Shown here one piece after another: positions 29,520-38,515 of a stretch of 64,000 nt of DNA. Origin of the DNA: an uncultured delta proteobacterium (GTDB lineage: Bacteria; Myxococcota; Myxococcia; Myxococcales; Anaeromyxobacteraceae); contig CAWHDZ010000012.1 of assembly GCA_963828255.1 (NCBI GenBank), positions 1 through 64,000 on the forward strand, given 5' to 3'. The notes beneath the pieces were generated by a model. It did no database searches, was not told the origin of the DNA, and saw nothing but the letters and a program-made list of their open reading frames with translations. Each line of letters starts with the position of its first letter. The first letter of the stretch is position 1. The translations under genes were made by a program, and so were the position numbers.

Positions 29520-29596
29520 TGGCGCGCGATACAGGATTCGAACCTGTGGCCCTCAGCTCCGGAGGCTGATGCTCTATCCAGCTGAGCTAATCGCGC
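29520..29596 (-). tRNA. tRNA-Arg (anticodon CCG)
   Basis: Reverse complement GCGCGATTAGCTCAGCTGGATAGAGCATCAGCCTCCGGAGCTGAGGGCCACAGGTTCGAATCCTGTATCGCGCGCCA folds as a cloverleaf; CCA encoded. Confidence 0.97.
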
Positions 29597-29656
29597 AGGC
29601 GCCCGCGTATCTATTGCAGGGAGGCCGGAAAGGCAAGGAGCATCCCGGCGGTCCGG

Positions 29657-31114
29657 TCAGGGGCAGGGGAGCCCGCGCAGGGCCGGCGGAGCGGTGCGCA
29701 GCCAGGCCACGGCGGCGTCGCGCAGCCGGAGGTCGCCGCGGATGGTCCTCGCGCCGGGCTGGAGCCGGGTGAGCACGCCGCGCAGCCCGTCGCCGCCCTC
29801 GGCGAGGAACTCGTTCATCGCGACGGTGTAGGTCCGGGATGGGTCGATGGGGACGCCGGCGCAGGTGCGCGTCGCGGCGCCGTCGAAGACCACGCCCGCG
29901 ACCTGCGGCGCCTCGTTGCGGAAGGAGGAGAGCGCGGAGAGCGCAGCGAGAAGGTCGGCCCCCCGCATCCGCACCACCGCCAGCCCGTCGTCGAAGGGCA
30001 TGGCCTCGTACACCTGGCCGTAGCGCAGTTCCCCGGCGGGCAACGTGGCCCGGAGCGCGCCGGCGTTGACGAGCCCGACCTCGGCTCCCATGGCCGAGCG
30101 GGCCGCCTGGGCGGCCGTGGCCCCCAGCGGGGAGACCCGGTCGCGCCCTCGCCCGAGCGGCCGGTCGAGCCGCACCCCCACGGGGCGCATCCGCTCCGCG
30201 TCGGCCGCGGCCAGCGCGGGCGCCACCGCGGCGCGCACCTTCGCGTCCTCGGCGACGGGGCCGCCGCCCTTCCCGTCGCCAGGGCGGATGGGCAGGTGGA
30301 AGCGGGCCGGCTGCCCGGCGCAGAGGGTGAGCCATCCCACCGACTCCCCCCTGGAGCCCGCCTGGAGGAGCGCCACGCCGTTCACCCTGTGTGAAACATA
30401 CCCGTGGGTGTGGCCGCCCACCAGCACGTCCACCAGGCCGGCCGGCAGCGCCCGCGCCAGCGAGAACAGCTCGCCGCGGGGGTCGCACGACGAGAGGTCG
30501 TCGGGGGATGCGCGCTCGCGGCAGGACCCGCCGGCGTGGACCACGCCCACGACCAGCCCGGCGCCCCGGGCGCGCAGGTCGCGGGCCTGGCGCTCGGCCT
30601 CCCGGGCCAGCTTGCCGAAGCGCAGCCCGGCCGCGTTGGCGGGCATGGTCTGCCGCGGCGTGGAGGGCGTGGAGAGGCCGAACACCCCGACCACCGGCCC
30701 CCCGGGGAGGCTGAAGATCCGGCCCGGCTCGAGGTTCTTCCAGTCCGGCATGCGTCCGGTGCGGGCGTCGCGGAGGTTGGCGGCCAGGGTGGGGTAGGGG
30801 GCGGCGGCGATGCGCCGGCGGGCCGCCTCCTGGCCGAAGTCGAGGTCGTGGTTCCCCAGCGCCGCCGCATCCACTCCCAGTGCAGCAAGCCCGGCGGTGA
30901 CCGCGTCCCCCGCCGAGAGGCTGGCCTCGATGGTCCCCTGCGCCGAGTCGCCGGCGTCGAGCAGGAGCGACGGACCGCGGGCCCGCACCGGCGCGATGGC
31001 GGACGCGATGCGGGGGAGCGCGTCCACCCGTCCGTGCAGGTCGGAGAGGGACAGGATCTCGACGCAGGTGGGGGCGGCCGAGAGGGCGAGGGCGAGCGCG
31101 GCGTGCAGCAGCAT
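29657..31114 (-). CDS. Bifunctional metallophosphatase/5'-nucleotidase, secreted
   Basis: SDLHG, LDAGD, LGNHDLDFG, GGHTH, NAGALR, MPFDD, FLAEGGDG. Confidence 0.9.
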   Translation of the reverse strand: MLLHAALALALSAAPTCVEILSLSDLHGRVDALPRIASAIAPVRARGPSLLLDAGDSAQGTIEASLSAGDAVTAGLAALGVDAAALGNHDLDFGQEAARRRIAAAPYPTLAANLRDARTGRMPDWKNLEPGRIFSLPGGPVVGVFGLSTPSTPRQTMPANAAGLRFGKLAREAERQARDLRARGAGLVVGVVHAGGSCRERASPDDLSSCDPRGELFSLARALPAGLVDVLVGGHTHGYVSHRVNGVALLQAGSRGESVGWLTLCAGQPARFHLPIRPGDGKGGGPVAEDAKVRAAVAPALAAADAERMRPVGVRLDRPLGRGRDRVSPLGATAAQAARSAMGAEVGLVNAGALRATLPAGELRYGQVYEAMPFDDGLAVVRMRGADLLAALSALSSFRNEAPQVAGVVFDGAATRTCAGVPIDPSRTYTVAMNEFLAEGGDGLRGVLTRLQPGARTIRGDLRLRDAAVAWLRTAPPALRGLPCP

Positions 31115-31158
31115 GGAGGTCCCGAGGACCTTAGCAGCCACCCCGGACACCCCTCCAG

Positions 31159-31172
31159 TTGATCTGGATCAG
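31159..31172. promoter_or_regulatory. FNR/CRP-family binding site candidate
   Basis: TTGAT-CTGG-ATCAG matches 9 of 10 positions of TTGAT-N4-ATCAA, upstream of a respiratory operon. Confidence 0.6.
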
Positions 31173-31253
31173 GTCCCGGTACGATTTGACGCGCAGCGAA
31201 ATGCTTGCACCCGGTCGGGTGTGTTTCCCTTCGCCGGAATCGGGGGTGCTTCG

Positions 31254-31568
31254 TTGGCTGGACGTCTCGAACGGCTCAGGAAGATGGTGCAGTCCGGCCT
31301 CATCCGGGAGGAATTGCCGCCGGCGCCGCCGCCCGCTCCGGAGTCTCCCCGCCCCTCGCTCCTCCGCGTCCTCTTCGAGGTCGAGTCGCTCCCCGACGCC
31401 CCATCCGGGTCGTCCGGCGGCCGGCGCTCGCTCCTCGCGGTCCTCGTCTCCCGCGAGTCGCTCCCGGTCGACCCGGAGCGCAAGCGCACGCACCGAGACT
31501 GGCTCTCCTTCCTGTTCGCTCCCGAACCCATCGACCCGCCCGGCCGCCCCGGGCCGGAGGCCCACTGA
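31254..31568 (+). CDS. Small hypothetical protein with three internal repeats
   Basis: TTG start; SLLRVLFEVESLP / SLLAVLVSRESLP / WLSFLFAPEPID; stop directly abuts the cytochrome ATG. Confidence 0.55.
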   Translation: MAGRLERLRKMVQSGLIREELPPAPPPAPESPRPSLLRVLFEVESLPDAPSGSSGGRRSLLAVLVSRESLPVDPERKRTHRDWLSFLFAPEPIDPPGRPGPEAH

Positions 31569-32033
31569 ATGGAGCACGGCAAGCACGTCTTCCGAATCGT
31601 CATCCTCGTGGCCGTGATCCTGGTCGTGGTGATCCTGGGGCGCGGGCTGCTCATCCCCAAGACCTACGGCCTGTACGGCCGCTACCGCGCAGCCAACGTC
31701 GCCGAGCAGATGAACGCGCGCCCCGTGCTCCACGCCGGCGCGGCCGCCTGCGCCGAGTGCCACTCCGACCAGGCCGCCAAGCGTACCGCCGGGGCGCACC
31801 GGAACGTGAGCTGCGAGATCTGCCACGCCCCGCTCGGCGCCCACGTCCTGGCCGACGGCTCGGTGGTCAAGCCGCCCATCGACCGCTCGTTCACCCTGTG
31901 TGCGCGCTGCCACCGCAAGATGGCCGCGCGGCCCCCGAAGTTCCCGCAGGTCGACCTCGACCAGCACGTCAACGGGCCGGTCGAGGGCAAGGTCTGCCTG
32001 CAGTGCCACGACCCCCACTCGCCGAAGCCGTGA
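31569..32033 (+). CDS. Membrane-anchored tetraheme cytochrome c
   Basis: N-terminal TM helix; CAECH, CEICH, CARCH, CLQCH. Confidence 0.92.
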   Translation: MEHGKHVFRIVILVAVILVVVILGRGLLIPKTYGLYGRYRAANVAEQMNARPVLHAGAAACAECHSDQAAKRTAGAHRNVSCEICHAPLGAHVLADGSVVKPPIDRSFTLCARCHRKMAARPPKFPQVDLDQHVNGPVEGKVCLQCHDPHSPKP

Positions 32034-32044
32034 AGGAGGACACC

Positions 32045-32833
32045 ATGAGCGACTGTCACGACGGGTGCAACGGGAGCCGCCGCGAGTTCCTCTCCGGAAC
32101 GCTGAAGCTGGCCGGCGGCGCGGTGGTGACCGTGATCGGCGCCTCGGCGCTGGCCTCCTCCTCCGGCCCCACCAGCGCGCCGGTGCCGGGCGGGGGGGAG
32201 TACGACTGGAACGAGCACCTCTGGGCCTACCTGGTGGACACCACGAAGTGCATCGGCTGCGGCTCCTGCGCCCGGGCCTGCAAGGCCGAGAACGCCGTGC
32301 CCGACGGATTCTTCCGCACCTGGATCGAGCGCTATGCCGTGGGCACCGACGACAGCCACGTGGACTCGCCCAACGGCGGCATGGACGGCTTCCCGCCGGT
32401 CCAGGTGGGCTTCGTCGCCAACAAGTCCTTCTTCGTCCCCAAGATCTGCAACCACTGCCGGGCCACCCCCTGCACGCAGGTCTGCCCGGTGGGCGCCTCG
32501 TACCGCACCAGGGACGGCGCGGTCCTGGTGGACGCCGACAGCTGCATCGGCTGCGGCTACTGCGTCCAGGCCTGCCCCTACGGGAGCCGGTTCATCCACC
32601 CGGCCACCCACACCGCCTCGAAGTGCACCTGGTGCTACCACCGCATCACCAAGGGGCTGAAGCCGGCCTGCGTGACGGTCTGCCCGACCCAGGCACGCCA
32701 GTTCGGCGACTTGAAGAAGGACGGTGACCCGGTGCGGGCCGTCGTCGAGCACGACCGCGTGCAGATCCTCCAGGGGCACCTGCTCACCGAGCCCCAGTGC
32801 TACTACACCCACCTCGACAAGGAGGTCAGGTGA
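32045..32833 (+). CDS. Tat-exported 4Fe-4S ferredoxin-type subunit (NrfC/DsrO-like)
   Basis: SRREFL Tat motif; CIGCGSCARAC, CNHC..PCTQVCP, CIGCGYCVQACP, KCTWC..PACVTVCP. Confidence 0.92.
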   Translation: MSDCHDGCNGSRREFLSGTLKLAGGAVVTVIGASALASSSGPTSAPVPGGGEYDWNEHLWAYLVDTTKCIGCGSCARACKAENAVPDGFFRTWIERYAVGTDDSHVDSPNGGMDGFPPVQVGFVANKSFFVPKICNHCRATPCTQVCPVGASYRTRDGAVLVDADSCIGCGYCVQACPYGSRFIHPATHTASKCTWCYHRITKGLKPACVTVCPTQARQFGDLKKDGDPVRAVVEHDRVQILQGHLLTEPQCYYTHLDKEVR

Positions 32834-34056
32834 TGCCCGAGATCACCGGCTTCTCCTTCCCCAACGACATCCACGTCACGTGGAGCCTGATGATCGTCAT
32901 GTACCCGTACATCACCGGGTTCGTGGCCGGCTCCTTCATCGTGACCTCGCTCTACCACCTCTTCGACCGCCAGGAGTTCAAGCCGGTGGCGCGCCTCGCC
33001 ATGGCCACCTCCTTCGCCTTCCTGCTGGTGGCCTCGCTCCCGCTCCAGCTCCACCTGGGGCAGCCGCAGCGCGGGCCGTTCGTCATCATCACGCCCAACT
33101 TCACCTCGGCCATGGCCGGCTTCGGCATCCTCTACTCGTTCTACATGCTCGTGCTGGTGCTCGAGCTCTGGTTCGTGTGGAGGCAGGAGATCATCGACCG
33201 GGCCCGGCGCAGCCGCGGGATGAAGCGCGCCTTCTACGCCGCGCTGGCCCTGGGCACCTACGACACCTCGCCCGAGGCCATCGAGATCGACCACAAGGCC
33301 ATCAAGATCCTGGCCGGCATCGGCCTGCCCGCCGCCTGCATGCTGCACGGCTACGTGGGGTTCATCTTCGGCGCCATCAAGGCCAACCCCTGGTGGTCCA
33401 CGCCGCTCATGCCGGTCATCTTCCTGCTCTCGGCGGCGGTCTCCGGCATCGCGCTGCTCATCCTCCTCTACCAGGTGTACGCCAAGCTCGACCGGCGCCC
33501 GGTGGTGGCCACCTGCGTCTCCGCCCTGGCCAGCTGGCTCTGGTTCTTCCTCATCCTGACCATCACCCTGGAGGAGCTCGAGCTCATCGTGATGGCCTAC
33601 GAGAAGTCGGAGTCCTGGCTCATCATCTCCGAGCTGCTCACCACCCGGCTCTCCTTCTCCTACGTCACCATGCAGATGATCATCGGCGGGCTCATCCCGC
33701 TCATCCTGCTGGCGGTGGTGGTGCTCATGAACCGCTACCTGCACGACAAGGTGCGCAACACGCTGGCCACGGTGGCCGCGTTCCTCACGCTCATCCAGGT
33801 CTTCTCGATGCGCTGGAACATCGTCATCGGCGGACAGCTCCTCTCCAAGTCGCTGCGCGGGCTGCGCTCCCCGTACGAGCCGGAGATGTTCGGGCGGGAA
33901 GGGGTGCTCATGGCCATCGCCCTCTTCGTGGCGCCCTTCGTCATCCTCTGGGTCTTCGACCGGGTGCTGGGCATCGAGGAGCCGGAGGGGAGCGCAGGCC
34001 ACGGCAGCCCGCCGGCCGCTCCCGCCGAGGCGTCCCCCGCCAGTCACGTGCCGTGA
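32833..34056 (+). CDS. NrfD/PsrC-family membrane quinol-interacting subunit
   Basis: WSLMIVMYPYITG, HLGQPQR, multiple TM helices, RWNIVIGGQ. Confidence 0.9.
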   Translation: MPEITGFSFPNDIHVTWSLMIVMYPYITGFVAGSFIVTSLYHLFDRQEFKPVARLAMATSFAFLLVASLPLQLHLGQPQRGPFVIITPNFTSAMAGFGILYSFYMLVLVLELWFVWRQEIIDRARRSRGMKRAFYAALALGTYDTSPEAIEIDHKAIKILAGIGLPAACMLHGYVGFIFGAIKANPWWSTPLMPVIFLLSAAVSGIALLILLYQVYAKLDRRPVVATCVSALASWLWFFLILTITLEELELIVMAYEKSESWLIISELLTTRLSFSYVTMQMIIGGLIPLILLAVVVLMNRYLHDKVRNTLATVAAFLTLIQVFSMRWNIVIGGQLLSKSLRGLRSPYEPEMFGREGVLMAIALFVAPFVILWVFDRVLGIEEPEGSAGHGSPPAAPAEASPASHVP

Positions 34057-34058
34057 AC

Positions 34059-35798
34059 ATGGGGGACACATCGCTCCTGGAGGCGCGGCTCGCCGATCTC
34101 GCCGACGTGGTGGCGCGGCTCGATGCGCGCGTGGCGTCGCTGGAGCGGGCCGCGACCCCGGGCCGGCGCTCCGCCGCGCAGGCCGCCCTGGACCGGTCCG
34201 CCATCCCTTCCCGGGAGAGCACCGGCGCGTTCGACGCCGGCCAGGCCACGCGGGTCGTCTCCCTGGGCGGCCGCACGCTGCTCGTCCTGGCCGGCGCCTT
34301 CGTGCTTCGCGCCGTGACCGACGCGGGGAGCATCCCCTCCTGGCTGGGCGTGGGGCTCGGCTTCGTCTACGCCGGCGCCTGGATGATCATGGCCGACCGG
34401 GCCGGAAAGGCCGGGCAGACCCTGTCGGCGGCCTTCCACGCCGCCTCGGTGGTGATCATCGGCTTCCCGCTCCTCATCGAGGGGACGAACAGGTTCAAGC
34501 TCTTCTCGCCGGGCGGCAGCGCGCTCGTGCTCACCGCCCTCACCGGGGCCGCCCTCCTGCTGGCCACCCGGCGGGGGCTGCAGTCGCTCGCCTGGGTCGT
34601 GTCCCTCGGCGGGACGGCCACCGCGCTCTGGCTCATGGCCACCTCGAAGGTTCTCGTCCCCGGGGCCCTCTACCTGGTTGCGCTGGGGACCGCCGTGGCC
34701 TGGATCGGCTACATCCGGGACTGGACCGGCATCCGCTGGCCGGTGGCGCTCGTCGCCGACGTGATGATCCTCGTCGTCGCGGTGAAGGCCGGCGACCGGA
34801 TGACCAACGAGGGGCCAGGCTCGGCGCTGTTCGTCCAGGCGGTGCTGGTGGCCCTCTTCCTGGGCTCCTTCGCGACCCGCACCCTGTACATGGGGCGCAA
34901 GGTGGTGCCCTTCGAGATGCTCCAGGCCGCCGCGGTGATCGTGGTGGGCATCGGAGGGGCGGTCTGGGTGGCCGTCCGCTCTGGCCTCGGCCAGGCCGGG
35001 TTCGGGGTCACCTCCGTCGTCTTCGGCGTGGCCTCCTACGCGGTGGCCTTCGCCTTCGTGGAGCGGCGCCAGAAGATCCGGGAGAACTTCTACTTCTACA
35101 CGTCCATCGCGCTCGTCTTCCTGCTCTCCGGGACCGGCCTGCTCCTCGGCGAGCCGGCGCGGTCGGTGGTCTGGGGCGCGCTCGCCGTCCTCTTCGCCTG
35201 GCTCTCGCTCTCGCGGAAGAGCCGCACGCTCTCCACCCACGCGGCCGTCTACGCCGTCGCCGCCGCCGCCGGGAGCGGGCTCGTCGCCCGGTCCATCTGG
35301 ACCCTCTTCGTCGGCGGCGAGGTCGGGTGGCGCCCGTCCTTCGCCACCACGGCGGTCCTCCTCGCCGTCGCGGCGAGCGCCTGGCTGGCCGGCCGGGTGC
35401 CCCGGACCAGCCTCCTCGAGCGCATCCCGCCGGTCCTCCTCCACGTGGTGGTGGTGGTCGGGACCTGCGGGACCCTGGTCGCCTGGCTGGCGCCGTTCGT
35501 CGCCGGGGTCGGACCGGGCACGAGCCCCGGAGCGCTCGCCACGCTCCGCACGGTCGTCCTGGTCGCCGCGGTCCTGGCCACCGCCTTCCTGGGGCGCACC
35601 CCGGGCCAGGCCGAGGCCGGCTGGCTCGCCTATCCGCTGCTCGGCTTCATCGGCCTGAAGATGCTCCTCGAGGACCTTCCGCGGGGGCGTCCCGTCACCC
35701 TCATCCTGGCCTTCGCCTTCTACGGGCTGGCGCTCATCCTGGTTCCCCGCATCCGCGCGCGGGGGGTCGCTGCGCAGGCCCCGACCGAGACGGGCTGA
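34059..35798 (+). CDS. Polytopic membrane protein (DUF2339-like)
   Basis: N-terminal coiled coil, GRTLLVLAGAFVLRA, many TM helices, LKMLLEDL near the C-terminus. Confidence 0.7.
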   Translation: MGDTSLLEARLADLADVVARLDARVASLERAATPGRRSAAQAALDRSAIPSRESTGAFDAGQATRVVSLGGRTLLVLAGAFVLRAVTDAGSIPSWLGVGLGFVYAGAWMIMADRAGKAGQTLSAAFHAASVVIIGFPLLIEGTNRFKLFSPGGSALVLTALTGAALLLATRRGLQSLAWVVSLGGTATALWLMATSKVLVPGALYLVALGTAVAWIGYIRDWTGIRWPVALVADVMILVVAVKAGDRMTNEGPGSALFVQAVLVALFLGSFATRTLYMGRKVVPFEMLQAAAVIVVGIGGAVWVAVRSGLGQAGFGVTSVVFGVASYAVAFAFVERRQKIRENFYFYTSIALVFLLSGTGLLLGEPARSVVWGALAVLFAWLSLSRKSRTLSTHAAVYAVAAAAGSGLVARSIWTLFVGGEVGWRPSFATTAVLLAVAASAWLAGRVPRTSLLERIPPVLLHVVVVVGTCGTLVAWLAPFVAGVGPGTSPGALATLRTVVLVAAVLATAFLGRTPGQAEAGWLAYPLLGFIGLKMLLEDLPRGRPVTLILAFAFYGLALILVPRIRARGVAAQAPTETG

Positions 35799-35915
35799 AC
35801 GCGCCGGGGTGCATCGCGGTGTGGCGCGCCGCCGATTGCCGGGGTACCCTGTCCGTGGTACGCCGCATGATCTGACGTGGGGTGAAGGGCGCCCCAGGGG
35901 GCAGGGGAACCAAGG

Positions 35916-36560
35916 ATGCCGACGAGAGCCATAGCCATCGAGGACGACGAGGCAGTCTCCCGCCTCATCGCGCAGGTGCTGACTGCGCACGGCTTCGAGA
36001 TGTGCGGGACCGCAGCCACCGGCGAGGACGGGATCGCGCTGGCGCGCCGCGAGGTCCCCGACGTCGCCCTCGTGGACCTGGGCCTCCCCAAGATGAGCGG
36101 CGAGGACGTCATCGCCGCCATCCGCCAGGAGGTCCCGAAGACCATGTGCATCGCGCTCACCGCGGTGGACATCCCTGCCCGCGTCCTGGGCGCGCTGCGC
36201 GCGGGGGCCGCTGGCTACATCCTCAAGCCCTTCCACGCCGGCGAGCTGGCCCGGGCCGTCGAGGACGTGCTCCGCGGCGACTCCGCGCCCATCAGCCCCC
36301 GCGCCGCCAAGGTGCTGCTGGCGGAGCTTCGCGGCGACGCGCCCGACCAGCGCAACCACGGACCGCCGCTCTCCAAGCGGGAGCGGGAGGTGCTCGAGCT
36401 CCTGGTCCACGGCCACACCTACGCCGACGTGGCCAACGCCCTCGGGATCGCCGAGGGGACCGTCCAGACCTACGTGAAGCGCATCTACGAGAAGATGGAC
36501 GTCTCCACGAAGGCGGAGGCGGCGCTCCTCGCGGTGGCTCGCGGTCTCGTGAAGCCGTAG
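35916..36560 (+). CDS. NarL/LuxR-family response regulator
   Basis: IEDD, LVDLGLP, GYILKP receiver motifs; LSKREREVL..GTVQTYVKRIYEK HTH. Confidence 0.93.
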   Translation: MPTRAIAIEDDEAVSRLIAQVLTAHGFEMCGTAATGEDGIALARREVPDVALVDLGLPKMSGEDVIAAIRQEVPKTMCIALTAVDIPARVLGALRAGAAGYILKPFHAGELARAVEDVLRGDSAPISPRAAKVLLAELRGDAPDQRNHGPPLSKREREVLELLVHGHTYADVANALGIAEGTVQTYVKRIYEKMDVSTKAEAALLAVARGLVKP

Positions 36561-36615
36561 CGTCGCCGGTTATACCCTCCGGGCCTGGACGGAGTGCCGG
36601 GTGTCCCGGCCTGCC

Positions 36616-36643
36616 TTGACTTGCAGGGGTCGGTCCCTATAAT
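36616..36643 (+). promoter_or_regulatory. Sigma70 promoter of the yceD-rpmF-fab operon
   Basis: TTGACT-N16-TATAAT, 32 bp upstream of the yceD ATG. Confidence 0.7.
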
Positions 36644-36675
36644 GGACCGCTTTTCACGAGCCCGAAGTTGCGCAA

Positions 36676-37239
36676 ATGCGCGTCAATATTGATGAAATCA
36701 AGGATTCTGGCCTCGAGCGTGCCTGGGAGATCCCCACCGCCCGCCTCGACGAAGCCCTCCGCGGCGACCGTGCCGGCTACCAGGCCGTGCGTCCGGCCAG
36801 GGTCGAGGCTCGCCTGGGGCGGCTGGGGAAGCGGGTCCGGCTGGAGGCGGTGACCAGCGTCGAGCTCACCTCTCCCTGCGGCCGCTGCCTCGCCCCGGCC
36901 CGGACCACCGTCCCGGTGGACTTCCAGCTCTCCCTCGTCCCGGTCGAGGAGGCCGCGCAGTCGGAAGGCGGGTCCCGGGAGGACGGCGAGGAGCACTCCG
37001 AGGGCAGCTTCACGCCCCACCAGGTGGACGAGGAAACCTACCAGGGCAAGGTGATCGACCTCGATCCCCTGGTCGAGGAGCAGGTGGTGCTGGCGCTTCC
37101 GGCGTACCCGGTGTGCCAGGAGGGTTGCAAGGGGCTCTGCCCCGTCTGCGGCCAGAACCAGAACGAGAAGGCGTGCGGCTGCGACCGCCACGTGCCCGAC
37201 CCCAGGTGGGCGGGGCTGGAGAAGTTCCGGCAGTCGTAG
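36676..37239 (+). CDS. yceD: DUF177 (YceD) protein
   Basis: CGRCL, CQEGCKGLCPVCG, DPRWAGL; directly upstream of rpmF. Confidence 0.92.
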   Translation: MRVNIDEIKDSGLERAWEIPTARLDEALRGDRAGYQAVRPARVEARLGRLGKRVRLEAVTSVELTSPCGRCLAPARTTVPVDFQLSLVPVEEAAQSEGGSREDGEEHSEGSFTPHQVDEETYQGKVIDLDPLVEEQVVLALPAYPVCQEGCKGLCPVCGQNQNEKACGCDRHVPDPRWAGLEKFRQS

Positions 37240-37270
37240 TACCGAGACACATTCACAAGGAGCGAACACC

Positions 37271-37450
37271 GTGGGAGTTCCCAAGAAGCGAACGAGCAGC
37301 ATGCGGCGCAACCGTCGGCGCGCGGCCAACTTCAAGATCACGCCTGCCAACGTGACCCTCTGCCCGAAGTGCAAGGAGCCGGTGATGTCCCACCGGGTCT
37401 GCGCGGCGTGCGGGTTCTACAAGGACCGTCAGGTTTCCGAGGGCGCATAG
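37271..37450 (+). CDS. rpmF: 50S ribosomal protein L32 (missing from the ORF track)
   Basis: GTG start after AAGGAG; MGVPKKRTSSMRRNRRR...CPKC...HRVCAACGFYK, 59 aa. Confidence 0.96.
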   Translation: MGVPKKRTSSMRRNRRRAANFKITPANVTLCPKCKEPVMSHRVCAACGFYKDRQVSEGA

Positions 37451-37456
37451 GGCCCG

Positions 37457-38515
37457 ATGGCCCCGGGCATCGCGCCGGTCGCGTTGGATGCCATGGGGGG
37501 CGACAATGCCCCTGCCGCCATCGTGCAGGGCGCCATTGACGCAGCGCGCAAGGGGCAGCCGGTCATCCTGGTGGGGCCGGAGGAGCGGGTGCGCGCCGAG
37601 CTGGAACGGCTGCGCGCCAGCTGGAACCTCCCCGTGCAGGTGCGCCACGCCCCCGAGGTGGTCGGCATGGACGACCACCCCGGCCAGGTCATGCGCCGCA
37701 AGAAGCAGAACTCCATCCGCGTGGCCCTCGAGATGGTGCGCGACGGAGAGGCCTCGGCCGCCGTCAGCGCGGGGAACAGCGGCGCCGTGATGGCGGGGGC
37801 CATGATGGTCCTGGGCTGCTCCGGCGAGGTGCAGCGACCGGCCATCCTCTCGGTGCTCCCGGCGGCGAAGGGGCGGCCGGTGATGCTCGACGCCGGCGCC
37901 AACGTGGACTGCAAGCCGCTGCACCTGGTGCAGTTCGCGCTCATGGGCGAGGTCTACTCCCGGCGCGTGCTGGGCGTGTCGCGCCCGCGGGTCGCGGTGC
38001 TCGCCAACGGCGAGGAGCCGGGCAAGGGCACCGCGCTCACCCGGGCCGCCGCCGCTGCGCTCTCCCGGTCCGGTCTCCGCTTCCAGGGCTACTGCGAGGG
38101 GCGCGACCTGCTGGCCGGCGAGGTGGACGTGGTGGTCACCGACGGCTTCACCGGCAACGTGGCCCTGAAGACCATGGAGGGCACCGCCCAGGCGCTGGCC
38201 GTGATGATGAAGGAGGCGCTGCGCCGCACCCTCCCGGCCCGGCTGGGCGGGGCGCTCGTGAAGACCGCCATCGACGAGATCCGCCGCCGCGTGGACTGGC
38301 GGGAGATCGGCGGGGCCCCCCTGCTCGGCGTCAACGGGGTCGCGGTCATCGCCCACGGCGCCTCCGACCGGCGCGCCGTGGCCAACGCCGTGGCCCGCGC
38401 CGCCGACGGCGCCCGGGCCAGCTGCACCGGCGAGATGGGGGAGGCGGCTGCGCTCGCGGCCGGGCTCCTCGAAGAGGAGCAGGACGAGGCGGGATCCACC
38501 AGGAGGAGCAAATGA
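37457..38515 (+). CDS. plsX: Phosphate acyltransferase PlsX
   Basis: ALDAMGGDNAP, VSAGNSGA, DGFTGNVALK, GGAPLLG. Confidence 0.96.
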   Translation: MAPGIAPVALDAMGGDNAPAAIVQGAIDAARKGQPVILVGPEERVRAELERLRASWNLPVQVRHAPEVVGMDDHPGQVMRRKKQNSIRVALEMVRDGEASAAVSAGNSGAVMAGAMMVLGCSGEVQRPAILSVLPAAKGRPVMLDAGANVDCKPLHLVQFALMGEVYSRRVLGVSRPRVAVLANGEEPGKGTALTRAAAAALSRSGLRFQGYCEGRDLLAGEVDVVVTDGFTGNVALKTMEGTAQALAVMMKEALRRTLPARLGGALVKTAIDEIRRRVDWREIGGAPLLGVNGVAVIAHGASDRRAVANAVARAADGARASCTGEMGEAAALAAGLLEEEQDEAGSTRRSK

